Position numbers and translations under genes: made by a program. A stretch of 64,000 nt of DNA from Oculina patagonica (taxonomy: Eukaryota): the NCBI RefSeq assembly GCF_052425735.1, contig NC_135761.1, forward strand, positions 37,882,001 through 37,946,000, read 5' to 3'. This document shows, one piece after another, positions 52,057 through 64,000 of the stretch; position 1 is the first letter of the stretch; the number at the start of each line of letters is the position of its first letter. The notes under the pieces are model-generated. The model was given only the letters and a program-made list of their open reading frames with translations. It had not been told where the DNA came from and did not search any database.

Positions 52057-53060
52057 GTGCCCTGAGATGCCTGCCCCCTTATCTATGGCTGTGGGAGTTT
52101 CTATTGAACAAGGAAACTCTGCAATTACTGCATCATCGAGAATCATACCTGCACCACACCAAAATACCATGTGGACATGAAAAGCACTACAATGCTGTGT
52201 ACTGTACGATTTCCAACTTCAGCAGTTTCACTCTGGCGGCTTTCTCCAGCACCTGTTCTTTGGTCTTCATCTTGAGATGTTTGACGAGGGCATTTTCATC
52301 TGCATTTTCATCTTCCTCCCATCCTTGGTGCCAAATTCTCCAACGAGCTCTTTGGAATTGGGTTGACCTGTACAGTAGAGCTAGGTTCACCCCTAAGAGT
52401 GTGCTTTGTGGGGCAGCTTGCATCCCGTACACTTGCGGATCCGTGTAGCTCCATCCCCTGGTTTGTGTATAGGGCTGGTAGATGTGTACTTTCCTCTTCA
52501 TTTGACAAATGGACTTGTTGTTTGGACGTTGCTACCATGTTGTAAGTACTCGGACAGTAAAATATGTTGTTAGCGAAAAGGATTTTTCTTGCCAAAATGG
52601 AAATGTAATGATAACCGCTAAATCAATGTTGCTATTCTGCGAACTGATGTGAAATGTAGTAAGCACATGCAAACCTAGGATTGCTATGCTAGCCTGTAAT
52701 CCTCCGGACTACAGTAACTTTACAGCACGCTACTCACATAAATAATCGACCGATGGATCCTGAATAAGATGTCGCAAGACTAGTATTGTAAAGGTAACAA
52801 GCCTTGTGATTTATCAATTACAATTGTTTGCAGGACAAAGTATGCACCCCTACCCGAGAGCCAATGATCACAATTAAGAACAGCATCAGTCCAATGTTGA
52901 CCGATGCCAACCATCGCTCAGATCTGCTATCAAACTCACACATGTTATTAGACTGCAGTCAAGCAAGTTGACTGGCAGGTTAAGGGTTCTTGTAACTACA
53001 CTAGTCATCATTTATGGAACAAGACGACCAGCAATTGTTATCATCACTCTCCTTAGACTG

Positions 53061-53237
53061 CAGGGTGTTCATTGGGCATCAGAGATCGGAGAATTCTCCC
53101 GCTACTACGTAGAATTCTCCGGCTAAATTTCAAAGGCCTGTACCTATTTTTTTATTAAGATGAGGAACCTTTAGAAATCATTCTCTAGTTAAATAACACT
53201 AATTCTCCTTTTATTACAATTCTTAATGAAAACTCTG
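53061..53237. mobile_element. Small MITE (CAG termini) with 6-bp TSD
   Basis: cagggtgttcatt / aatgaaaactctg, flanked by agactg on both sides. Confidence 0.75.
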
Positions 53238-53939
53238 AGACTGTAATAAAGTGACATTAAATTGATCACTTTCAGTGCATTCCTGTGAACTATTCCTTTA
53301 AATAAATGAACTTGCGCCGATGCTTACATGTTGACATAAGTTTATTTCTCTGTTTGATGTGATGTGCAGTTTGCAGATGTAAACGAATTTCTATGTGTTA
53401 CAACAATCATAATGTTTGTAAGGTAACACCCTTGGATGAACTTTATAAATTACATGTTACATCCTTAGATAAGCTTCATGAATTTCGTGTAGGTCTTTAG
53501 ATAAACTTTATAATATACATGTTACTAAGACAAATATGAGCTATTACAGAAGAATTTTTCACAATGAGTTGTCTTTTTCAAAAATCTTAATTAAGTCTTC
53601 CAGTCTTAATTGAAAATCACAGAAATAGCACAAAGGGGAATTAACTTTTCTAAATTTTAAGAACACATAATTTGTATACATTATTGTCTAATTAATATTG
53701 GGATTCTTGAAATTTAGTGTTAAGAGTTGTTTTAAAGGGCAATAAATTGATCTTCTCCCAGTCAAGGTAAAAGGTGTCTACCGGTATATTAAAAATTTTA
53801 TATTTCTACATAGCAGTTGGCTTGCTAGATATTTTAGCCACAAAACTTTGATACAGCGAGTCTGCTGTGGTAACTGCCCATAGCGACTCTTTTAGTCTGT
53901 TAATAAATATCTTGTCCAGAACTATTTTTTTAAGTGTGC

Positions 53940-55880
53940 CGAAAGTCGTTCAAATGGAGTAAAAAAAAGGTTTACATGTAAGGTAAATGTCAATGTCATT
54001 GATTTTAAAATTGTGTCATAGGTGAAAACTATTTAGAATTCAAATATTTTTTTAAAAAAAAATCAATATATTGTCTTTGGGCATAACTGGCACCTACAGG
54101 TAAATAGTCATTGGAAGAATATTGAGAAATAAATAAGATGTTTGTATAAACTAATGTGAAGTAAAAAGTGGTCTACATGCAAGTGTAATTGTCAATATAT
54201 TAATGTCATTGATTGCAATTAAATATTACAATTAAATATTTTACAAAACGTTTCAACACATTTATGGTCTTCAGGCATTACTGGCACCTAAATAACTGAC
54301 GAAAGAAGCGCACAATTTTACTTGGCTTTTTCGCCTTTTTAGCTGCGAGCTGATTCTTGATAAATAAATGAGATGTTTGTATAAACTAATGTGAAGTAAA
54401 AAGTGGTCTACATGTAAATGTAATTGTCAATATATTAATGTCATTGATTGTAAAATTGTGTAAAAGGTGAAAATGTCCATGAGTCATAAAATAGTTTTGG
54501 AAAGTTCTTCTCCAAGTAGTTGTGATGGGTTAGAAGTCATCCAGCTGTGTGGGGTAGTGATGGTTCGTCCAGATAATGTGCATAATGTATAATGTGTTTC
54601 ATGTAAGGTAGTTGCAGTTGTCAGTCTGGGTTGTGAGTAGGTTGTGAAAATGTTGTTGGAGTTTCCATAATAGTCTGTTGGCATAATGTTGGATGAAGTC
54701 TGTAGAAAGATTGTTGTCAGTTTAGTTCTGGATTTTGTCAGTGGAAGTGACAGTTGGGATTAGATTTACTTTTTAGAAGTTGTTGACGTTTCAGAAGAAG
54801 TGCTGTTTTGTAGGGCCATAGACAGGTTAGAATTTGAAGATGCTGAAGGAAATTGTTTAGACTTGATGAGATTTGATTTAAGCATTTTCTTTAATTATAA
54901 CCATGCTGTTGGCTTATTTGTTTTTGAGGTGTGGATTCGTTTGCAGCATTTTGATTTTTCGTCTGAAACAATTCTTATTCTAAAAATAATTATAGAAAAT
55001 AAATATTAATCTACCTCACACAAAAACAGATGAGATTGTTTTCGAAAGTTACTTTTTGAGATATTGACTTTCCTGTCCTTTTTTTAAATGTTAATACAAA
55101 CGAAATGAGAAAAATAATAAAAATAACAAAAATTCAGTAAATTTGGATTCATTCCCAGAAGAGTGCATTCTACAGACAAAAACAGGAATTTTTTTGTTTG
55201 GTAAATTGAAACTTATTTTACCTCAAATATCATAGAATGGACTTAGAATTCCCAAACAGGAAAAAAACATGTTCTTCTTTCCCACCCAATATAAACTTCC
55301 CTTCCCTAGAAAATGTTACCCAAAATACTTGGGTTTTTTAAAGATATTTATAATTGCAATTGTTGTGGACAAACAGAAATTTCGTATTTTACAAAATTAG
55401 GAATTATTTAAAATTCAGTAACGTGAAACTGTCCAGGACTTAATTGTTTAGAAAGTCTACTTAAGAACTTAAATAACTTGGACTTTAGGCTAGCAATATA
55501 TTACAAGCAAAAAGTATGACCTCTCCCACTCTTAACATTTTACAATTAAATATTTTACAAAACATTTCAACACATTTATGGTCTTCAGGCATTACTGGCA
55601 CCTAAATAATCGACGAAAGAAGCGTACGATTTTACTTGGCTTTTTAGCTGCGAGCTAATTCTTGATAAATAAATGAGATGTTTGCATAAACTAATGTGAA
55701 GTAAAAAGTGGTCTGCATGTAAGTGTAATTGTCAATATATTAATGTCGTTGATTGTAAAATTGTGTTAAGGTGAAAATGTCCATGAGTCATAAAATAGTT
55801 TTGGGAAGTTCTTCTCAAAGTAGTTGTGATGGGTTAGAAGTCATCCAGCTGTGTGGGGTAGTGATGGTTCGTCCAGATAC
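53940..55880 (-). mobile_element. Penelope-like element remnants with repeated pseudo-LTRs
   Basis: Block about 54228-54575 is repeated at about 55541-55878 and partially at about 53960-54240. Each full copy carries a degenerate hammerhead core on the - strand. Confidence 0.55.
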
Positions 55881-56211
55881 CTTGAAGAGCTTTGGGTGTG
55901 TCTTCTTCATATTTCCGGGGCTTTTCGTTAGTGGAAGGACTTCGCCGATTTTCGTGATTTTATCTGTGCACCACAAGGAAGAGAAGAACATCTGTGTTAC
56001 AGCACAACATGCTAACCTGCTTAGAACCCCAAGCAGCTGCATCTCTAGCATGAACAATACAGGTATCTCACAATGTTGGACATACTCCTTTGCTTTACAA
56101 TGAAAGAAACGTTTTTGCAGCCTCGTTTTCATGCAAGAGCTTCTAGGGCCATTTGACCAATGTTATGCTATGAATTTTGATATGAACTACATAATTGATT
56201 TCCATCCATTT

Positions 56212-56495
56212 GACATCGTATACAAAGCAACTTGCAGGACATGCCCATTTGCATATGTTGGGGAGAGCAAGAGAAACTGGAAATCTTGGGGGCCGAAAAC
56301 AAGCCCGGAACAAATGGAAATATCAACTTCGTGATTAAACAACTGAAACTGGCCATGACACACATCCAAGTTACACCAACTTTTTTTGAAACAGGTGTAA
56401 GCAGCAAGAACAAAAGACTGTTTCTGGAGTCCTTACATTCTTTCTTAGACAGAAACACTGTAAATGAAAGGGCATCCTTCCCAAGGGTTTATTTC
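56212..56495 (+). pseudogene. Penelope-type GIY-YIG endonuclease fragment
   Basis: IVYKATCRTCPFAYVGESKR...KRLFLESLHS..DRNTVNER. Confidence 0.85.
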
Positions 56496-57382
56496 AGCAG
56501 CGCAGAAGCTAGTTTTAGGCTGTGATGACCGAAACTCAGGAGTATATACCTTTCCTTTCAATTTGTCATAAATTTTGGGGTCCGTTATGGAGGAAAAACA
56601 TAAAGAAACAAAAAGATTAGTGTTACCGTATAACCGACAACTTACCAACATCTTACCGACACCTTACCGACACATCACCGCCTGTCGGCCGGCTGTTGGC
56701 CAACATCATAGGCAAAACTTGTCAGCAGGTTGTCAGCCGATAGACGACCGACAGACGACCGACAAACGACCAACAGTCGACCGACAGTCGGTTAGCGAGA
56801 GCTGTTCTTCACAATTACCAGATATCTTGCCCCGCAATTAGTGACTGGACAATTACAACACACTCACCTTCCCACCTTCAAATTATCTACTTTTATTTAA
56901 CAAATGGCTATTAGAGATCTATTTTTCGCTTCCTATGTTTAAAATCAAGGACATTCCCTAGACATTAGGGACTTTTCCAGGACCATAAGTGATAAGGGCA
57001 ATCGAGACAATTTTCAATTTTTATCAGTTTCGGTGATAAAGCGACGCGCATGGCATACATTTGCACGCAGAGTGTTTCGATTGAAACATGGATTTAGACT
57101 CTTGTGGAACCGATTCGCTACTTAGATATAATCATTTTGATTTGTTTTTCAGTCATAGGCTGATAGAAAATACCTTTAAGCGAGCTTGTGTTCCCGTGAT
57201 AAAATTGAGTGGAATAAAGAAAAGACATATCATAAGGTTCTTTATTGAAAACAATTAATTTGTCTCACATGAACAGTTTTGATGTCATCAAAAGTGAACT
57301 ATAATGGTAGCAATAACTTAAACTCTTACATATCTTTGTAAGTCGAACTCAAGTAATTACATATATTCATGACATCCAAGTC

Positions 57383-57841
57383 TCAGACATAATTTTCATC
57401 TTCTATCTTGTTTTGCCTTCTTATAAAGTCTTTATATATCAAATATGCGCTTGTGTCATCCATAGTGACAAGATGTAGAAGATAATTCAACCACGATTCC
57501 TTGAGATCAAGATCCAGTTTCTCAGTAACTAATGTCTCAATTGTTCTCCAGAGTTTCTTGAGGTTGATATTTGTCTTGGCCATTTCATTATAATTTATCC
57601 ACATTTCTTTCTCTTCCATCATGATAGAATCATGATGCTCTTGGGTAAGGGCATCCATCTCACATCCTTCACATGAACGTTTCAGTTCTTCATGCAATAA
57701 CCGGTTAATTTCCCGCGCAAATTCATTCTGTACAATGTTAGCGATCATCTTTCGTTGAACATAAATCTCAACATCTACCTCATCCACAAGCAGGTTCCCG
57801 CTTTTGTTTGAGTTACACATGATTTCGGCACAGCAAAACAA
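57383..57841 (-). CDS. Intronless ORF resembling Polinton/adintovirus accessory proteins
   Basis: CEGCEMDALTQEHHD motif (recalled CxGCxxDxxxQxxH), a downstream AATAAA and an upstream cluster of tgacgtca motifs. Confidence 0.45.
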   Translation of the reverse strand: MFCCAEIMCNSNKSGNLLVDEVDVEIYVQRKMIANIVQNEFAREINRLLHEELKRSCEGCEMDALTQEHHDSIMMEEKEMWINYNEMAKTNINLKKLWRTIETLVTEKLDLDLKESWLNYLLHLVTMDDTSAYLIYKDFIRRQNKIEDENYV

Positions 57842-58139
57842 GTTTGTCTTCTATCTGCTAATTGTTCAATATACTAATATTTAACCTCTTTATAATGAAA
57901 AATCTGTAGACCGCTGTGGTTAAAAATAAAATCATTACATCATTGTATCAATTATTTAATCTACCTCCCCATGACTAAAAATAACACTATTACGTCATTT
58001 ACACCCCCTCCCCCCCTCCCCCTCAATGACGTCATTCTTCTATTTTTAGATCATTTTCGATGACGTTATCCCTTGGGGTATTGTGACGTCACAGCCTCTC
58101 CCCCCTCCCTCAAGGTCAACGCTCACTTTCCTACTACTT

Positions 58140-58634
58140 CAGGGCTCAAAATAATTCTTAGATACTGACCGGTCATGCTGACCGGCCAAATCAATTTTTG
58201 CTCGGTCATGTCTCGTTTTTGACCGGTCAAAATATATGAGTATTGACTTTGAAGCAATAGCCTATTCTGCCAAAAATTTCGGCTTTTCGCCTCATAAGGT
58301 AAAACACTCGCTGTTAAAGAGTACAAGGCTTAAGCTTAAATGTTTTGATCGCTAAAAGTGTCATTTTATAAGAAAGAAATCCTTGCAGACTTCACTCAAA
58401 CTTTGAAGATTGGGTGCTTGCGCTATTTGGATTTGAGTCACTGCAAAGTTACGGACTCCTTGTTCATCGAGCTTCCTATATATTGTATTATTATACATAA
58501 TATTATATATTGTGTATTTATTTGAAAGCCGTGTATGTGACCGGTCAAAATGACCGCCGAACCAAAATTTTGTCCGGACAAATCGTCATTTTGGCCGGAC
58601 ATTGTCCGTTGGCCGGCCGTTATTTTGAGCCCTG
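58140..58634. mobile_element. hAT-like MITE
   Basis: Perfect TIR cagggctcaaaataa / ttattttgagccctg, with internal tgaccggtca repeats. Confidence 0.88.
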
Positions 58635-59416
58635 TATTTGCCTAACTTCTTTGGAACCATTTTAAAGTTTCCGGGTCCATCCAATTTCTTGCCATAACCT
58701 TTTACAAAGGCACCGCAAATACTACACACATGTAACTGACGATAAAACACTTCCAAAGGACTTGAAATCGTAACCATCCAACCACGCAGAAAGATAGTGC
58801 GCTTTTCTAATTGTTTATACACTGCCATTTTGTCCGCCAACCAGTGTCTTTTCAATTGAATTTCTGGGGGAAGCGCATCCCAATAAGACTCAATATTCCA
58901 AGTTGACCAAAAGTTTAAAACCTAATGAAAAATAAAACACAACATTGAGCGACCTTGGCCGAGAGCTCTCATTCTGGAAGTATGAGGTGGTTTAGTAATG
59001 GTATCCTTACGTTTTCTGCTGTAATATTTCATCCACGGCATATCATTATGACAATGAATAGGTGATGGTACAAGTCCACGCGTTGTGTTTAACATTGTGT
59101 ATGGTGACAGAACCCTTCATGCCAATCACGTTGCCAGGGCCAATCTTCCCAGTGAAACGTTTCAGGTTCCTCCGCAAAGTCTCCTCGAGCAGTTATTTTC
59201 CACCTGTACTGGATGTAGTAAAGACTACAATAATAACAAGGACCCATTTGATAATGTAAATAAGCCAAGGATGTTTTCCATACTCTTTCACGCGCATGTA
59301 TTATATAATATTTGTAAATTTGTTTGTTTGTTTTTCTTCCTTTTAAGTTTTAAATTAACTTTATGTAGGCGCATTTGATCATATTCATATGCTAATTTGC
59401 GCCGAATAAGTATTTA

Positions 59417-59454
<38 letters not shown>

Positions 59455-59679
59455 CATTTTCACCGTGGCAGCCAAGTCGCACTGCTCTACTTTTGTTGCC
59501 AAGTCACCCATAATTCCATCCTTATTTAAAATATCAGTTTCTGCACCTTCTCCTTCTTTCTCTTTCTTTGGTCTTGCTTCTGACACTTCTCCTAAGAAAT
59601 CTTCACAGGCTTCACTTGGTCCCATGTTACATGGTCTCATGTAACATGAGAACATGGTCTTACTTGGTCCCATGATTTT

Positions 59680-60055
59680 TCAGCTTCGGAAAGATTAAGA
59701 CTTTTAGGAATTGTTGTTATTGTCCGGTTCTCAACTGTCACTGAATCGTTCCCATCAACTCCTTTTTGATGTCTTGTTGTGTTCGTGGCATTAGCAGTTA
59801 ACTTCTGAAGCTTACGATCTTTAATAAGTTTCAGATACTGAAACCAGTCACTGTTAACTATGCCTATTAAATGGTTAATGCCATTTCATAGATCATGTTC
59901 ATCTACGTTAGTGCACACCCGGCGTAGTTCACTTTGAGTATCTGTTATAGTTACGGACAAGTCATCGCGCACTCTACACAAGTGTGATAAAGTGGTACGC
60001 ATGAGATTTTGTGAAAAAGAAAAAGTTTTGCTCCTTACTTGTTGGTGATATCCAC
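59680..60055 (-). pseudogene. Penelope-like ORF N-terminal fragment
   Basis: FSQNLMRTTLSHL...IKDRKLQKL...TIPKSLNLSEAEKS is typical of the pre-RT region of PLEs. It is AT-richer than the adjacent RT. Confidence 0.6.
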
Positions 60056-61286
60056 AGAGGTGATATAGAGGATCGTTGACCCATGGTGAGATCTTGATAA
60101 CCGAAACGCCATTGTAAAACGGGAGAAAATGGCACCACCAGCGAAGGTCAGCCTTGTTGTCAGCGGTCAAAGGGCGAACTCGGGAAGAACGATGCTCGCG
60201 CAAGGTGTTAAGAAGGGTGGACATGAAGATCCTCGCGGGACGTACGCATGCTGTCACGAAAGACATCACACCAAGCAAAGACTGGAGATCTTGGTGGGAC
60301 ACCTGATTGGCTTCCAACAAAGAGGAACAGCGATGCGTAAGTTCAAGAAGGCGATCGGGGGTAACCGAGATTGTCATGTCATCCGTGTTAATCAAAATCC
60401 CAAGGAAAACCATAGAAGTGCTCGGTGGCGACTCTTTTTCAGGCGACGATTCCAAACCAAGAGATGCCAAAAGACTGCCTAGGGTATGAAAGGCCTCGCT
60501 AGATTTTTCCGGAATTTCAGCGCCACCAAAGTCATCAATGTAATTAGTACAATGAAATCCAAGATCTTCATACATGTGCGTGACAGCGGAAGTGGTGCGT
60601 TGACACATCATGGCCGAAGACCGAAGCCCGAAAGGTGGAGCAACATCAAAATAAAGGAAACCATTGTGACGGTAGCCGAGCAGATTGTAATCGCGCGGGT
60701 CAATACGGAGCTGTTGATAGGCGCGGCTGAGGTCCATTTTGAAAACGTGACAATGGTGGCCTTTGCGGCAGATGATCTCCAATAACGCATCTACCCCGGG
60801 AAGGCGCAGCTTAAATGGGTCCCCAAGATACGAGGAAGCTGAAATGCCTGTGTTTACTGATTGGTCGCGAGGAAAGCTGAGGTCGACAACAACACGTGGC
60901 TTGCCAGTTTTACTGTAGGCGACTTGAAGAGGCGAGGTTACCAAGGCTGAGCAGAGTGGATTAGACGAAAAGGGGCCGCAGGCAGAACCAAGAGTACATT
61001 TGCGGGTGAGGTAATTGTCAATTATGCCCGGGCTTGATAATGCAGACCCGTGGTTCTTGAACGAAGAAAGAGGGGGTACGTTGCTGGAATAGCCAACCGG
61101 CCAACCAAATTCGAGAAAATCGCACAATTGTGAGTCGGAGTAGTTTACAAGACGACGTCGCCACTCTGGAATATTCAGCTTTGAAGGAACGGGTATGCGG
61201 AGCGTAAAGGCGTTTGGGCCGGAAGAACGTTGCAGGCGAGCATGAAGGGCGATGAGGTGCGAAGTTAAGGCAGGTTTTGTAGGCAA
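60056..61286 (-). CDS. Reverse transcriptase of a DIRS/Ngaro-like retrotransposon, 3'-truncated before RNase H and YR
   Basis: LEFGWPVGY, NHGSA, RVVVDLS, DLSRAYQQ, PFGLRSS, YIDDF, FLGI and DLRWW. The frame is uninterrupted. Confidence 0.92.
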
Positions 61287-61475
61287 CCGAGGAACGCTGG
61301 GGGAAGGAGGCGAGGTCGAAGTAGCGGAGAGCGGCGAAGAGGTGGTGGGGAACCGAGGAGCGCAAGTAGGAAGGTGCGAGATTGGACTGGATGTAGCAGC
61401 GACCTCTGTGGCGGTAGAAGTGGTAAACGCTGAAGAAGGTGGGCAGTGGGTGAAGGTAGGGGACGTAGAGGCTAG

Positions 61476-62600
61476 TCAGTCGCTAGAAACTGGATCGGTG
61501 CGTCGAGAAGGAACAGGAAATTTACGTTTTGGGCAGCTAAGGGCCTGATGGTCTGAACGTTTGCACACAACGCAAACGTGGAGTTTTGGGCAGTCAGAGG
61601 CTGAGCAGTCGTTATACCATGGATCGCAGATCTGGTGGCGAGGAATGGTTGGCTGGGATGGCACAGGAGGGGTGGTCGTTTTAGTAGAAGACTTTCCGGT
61701 GGTAGAAGGGGCTGTTGGTAGGAGCGTAGAGGGGGTGAAAAAAGACTGCTTTAGGTGATCGAAGTTGTCCCCCCACTTGACCAGGCCCAGTTCTATGGAG
61801 CGGAGAACTTTGTAATGAAAAGAGCGGACAGCAGACCACTGGTAAGTGGAAGCTAAAACCATCAGTTGGTGAAAGTGAGTGATGTAGGCGGCCATAGATG
61901 GGGAAGTCACGTTCTGCTGTATGATAACCAGAAAACTCGCGCAAAACTCAGCTAAGGAAAGATCCGAATAAAGTTTAGGCTCACCTGGTGAGTAAATATG
62001 CGGCCATTGTTGTGGGAAAAGCGTTTTTTGTGGAGCTTTTAGGTCCCCCAAAGATTTCCCAGCTGTGGAATCCGATGTAGTGGCGGCTTGCGAAGGGTGT
62101 TCAAGCTTTGCCAGCTGCAAACGAAGCTCGAGCTTCCGAATTTCCAGCTCCTGCGTCTCCTTGTGAAGCTGTAATCGACAAATGTCGTCCGCTGAAACTG
62201 GGGGCGTTCCGAGAGGTTGTTGTGCTGTGATCCCTGATGGAATTTCTTGCGCTGGCGGTTTCACAGCGTCAGGTGTTGGTTCCCGCTTCTTTAAGGCTGA
62301 CGAAGATTTAGGAATAGCTCCAGAGCCAGGTTTCTTTGCGCTTTTAGACTTTCGATCGGCAACTGGTGGCGGAGAGTGCGATCGCTCGGCAAGGAACTGC
62401 TCGGCTGAATTTTCATCGAGCGACGGAAAGTCCGGAAACGTGTCCCATTGGAACTCTGGGCTCAGATGGCGAAGACTGTAATGTGTGGAATGCGAAGGTA
62501 GAGACGATCGAATAAACGGATGAATAAACGAATCGAATAAACGAATCTTACAACGAGCAAACAGAGCGAAAGCTACAACACGAGGACGCGAACATGATAC
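61476..62600 (-). CDS. Gag-like ORF1 of the DIRS/Ngaro-like element
   Basis: Coiled coil, YQWSAVRSFH..VLRSIELG..KW, and C-terminal CCCH-like plus CX2CX4HX4C fingers. The frame stays open upstream of 62264 to about 62600 without an ATG. Confidence 0.85.
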   Translation of the reverse strand, partial: VSCSRPRVVAFALFARCKIRLFDSFIHPFIRSSLPSHSTHYSLRHLSPEFQWDTFPDFPSLDENSAEQFLAERSHSPPPVADRKSKSAKKPGSGAIPKSSSALKKREPTPDAVKPPAQEIPSGITAQQPLGTPPVSADDICRLQLHKETQELEIRKLELRLQLAKLEHPSQAATTSDSTAGKSLGDLKAPQKTLFPQQWPHIYSPGEPKLYSDLSLAEFCASFLVIIQQNVTSPSMAAYITHFHQLMVLASTYQWSAVRSFHYKVLRSIELGLVKWGDNFDHLKQSFFTPSTLLPTAPSTTGKSSTKTTTPPVPSQPTIPRHQICDPWYNDCSASDCPKLHVCVVCKRSDHQALSCPKRKFPVPSRRTDPVSSD

Positions 62601-62817
62601 CCTAAGTTACGCAAGTGATCTCAACCGGAGTCAATAATTAACCTACATTAAGGAAGGACGAAAGGTGATCTTGAAACCGACGGAAATAATACCATGTTTT
62701 AGACAGAAGCCCAAGAAATTGATGTGGCTGGTGTATCTGGTCTTCTTGAAGGTGTACTAGCCCAAAGAAAATGCCACGAACATTATCGTGACTCAGGAAA
62801 CTAGAGTTTCATGTTAA

Positions 62818-63865
62818 GGTACCTGCCCAGGCAAATTTAGTGCATTTTTGACAATACAAAAAATAGGGATATTTTCACTCTAATCTCACCAAACCTTCCA
62901 CAAAGAGTCATTGTTATTTGATGAATGAGTTGCCAACATTTTATTGACATTATAGTACATCAATTTGTTAATAATTAACTTTATTATTAACAGCATATAT
63001 TTTACATTTTTAAGTTTTTCTAGCAGCCATTTAGAAACAGGCGAATGATTGAACTGTGTTTTCATTCTTCAACAAACAATGCAAAAATCTGTGTTTGGGG
63101 AATCGAATATCTAAAATTGCCAAAAAGATATAAACAATTTTGGTAATTTTTTTCATACCTTAAGTTTCTGTTGCCGCCATAACCACAGTTTTCAGCCTTG
63201 CTCGTTTCCCAAGTCCACGATAGTAGACTTACACATGTACGAACTACATGCCAAGTTTCATTTGAAAATGTGTTCTCGTTGAGAAATAAAATGTGATTTT
63301 CTGAAACATTGCTCAGCAGGAAGTCCACATTTTACTTAAATGTGGTAAATATTTGGTGAAAATCCTCCAAAATCCGTGTTATTGAAGAGTTTTTATCCAT
63401 GCGAGCTCAGGAGTCGCCATTTTGGATGAATTTCCGCTGTCTAAAAGGCTTGCAGACTGCAGAAACATTGTTTGTTTATGCGTTGCTAGGTGCGGTACTC
63501 GCCCCAGACTTCCGGTTTCTCAATTTTGACTTTTGAGAACTGGGACTAAGTTTCAAATCAAATATGGCGTCCACGAAGCGAAGAGATATCGGACAGTCAA
63601 AACAACATCGCAAAGCAGCTACCAGAATCAAAATATTACGGAGAAAAGGCAAAAAATGGATGCACAGCCTAACAACCGTCCCAGTTCCTTACTCCGAAAT
63701 ACCATTCACTTCCGGTAAAAGCACAAATTTTAGCTTTATCGTTCTCGGCTCCTTGTGCGAATTTTGTCCCAAAATCGATATTTCTGTAAAATAGGAGTAC
63801 TAAGAAACATGATTAGGAAAAAAGATTGGAAAGTAAAACTTCAAAATTTTCCCTGGGCGGGTACC
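62818..63865. mobile_element. Non-autonomous Kolobok-like DNA transposon
   Basis: TTAA on both sides. TIR ggtacctgcccaggcaaattt / aattttccctgggcgggtacc (RR..YY termini). Confidence 0.85.
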
Positions 63866-64000
63866 TTAAGAGTATACCTTTTTAGCGCCTTCTTGTCATT
63901 TGCTTTGTGGTTTTTTATTGGCAGATCCAAATGAATAGCTTGGTGCAAAACTATGCTAAGTGACTTTTTGGGGTGAAAATTTTTTTCCTTCAATTTTTTT

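Noticed and set aside
52187-52595. Overlapping minus-strand ORFs of about 100 aa
   Set aside because: No recognisable domain. Could be another captured fragment, but this is unsupported.
59392-59673. ORF with poly-Ile 'membrane' segment
   Set aside because: The poly-Ile is the translated (ATT)n microsatellite.
60129-62481. Plus-strand ORFs opposite gag/RT
   Set aside because: Shadows of GC-rich retroelement coding sequence.
1-64000. Prokaryotic or phage origin suggested by integrase-like genes
   Set aside because: Spliceosomal introns, LINE/LTR/MITE content and low coding density indicate an animal nuclear genome.

Overview
AT-rich eukaryotic DNA, probably cnidarian/stony coral (judged from recalled repeat families and GT-AG introns; not verifiable here). 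I see no intact host gene. The window is almost entirely a patchwork of mobile-element and gene fragments. 1-31 kb is a duplicated and reshuffled mosaic, all on the + strand: Ulp1 protease exons, the 3' half of an env-bearing Gypsy-like element (env, ORF-X, RING finger, PPT, LTR), a secreted BRICHOS precursor, an intron-containing Transib/RAG1-like transposase and a zinc-finger/tyrosine-recombinase gene. P-like transposase, Kazal and kinase scraps follow, also on +. From about 45 kb to 62.6 kb nearly all recognisable fragments (L1/Tx1, Crypton, P2X7-like, Copia, Penelope, Polinton-like, Ngaro/DIRS) lie on the - strand. The polarity switch coincides with a CpG-richer centre (about 38.6-43 kb) carrying divergent first-exon-like segments. 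This suggests a divergently transcribed antisense TE-trap (piRNA-cluster-like) locus, which is an inference. Many MITEs, a Helentron-type element, a solo LTR and TSD-flanked LINE stubs are superimposed.
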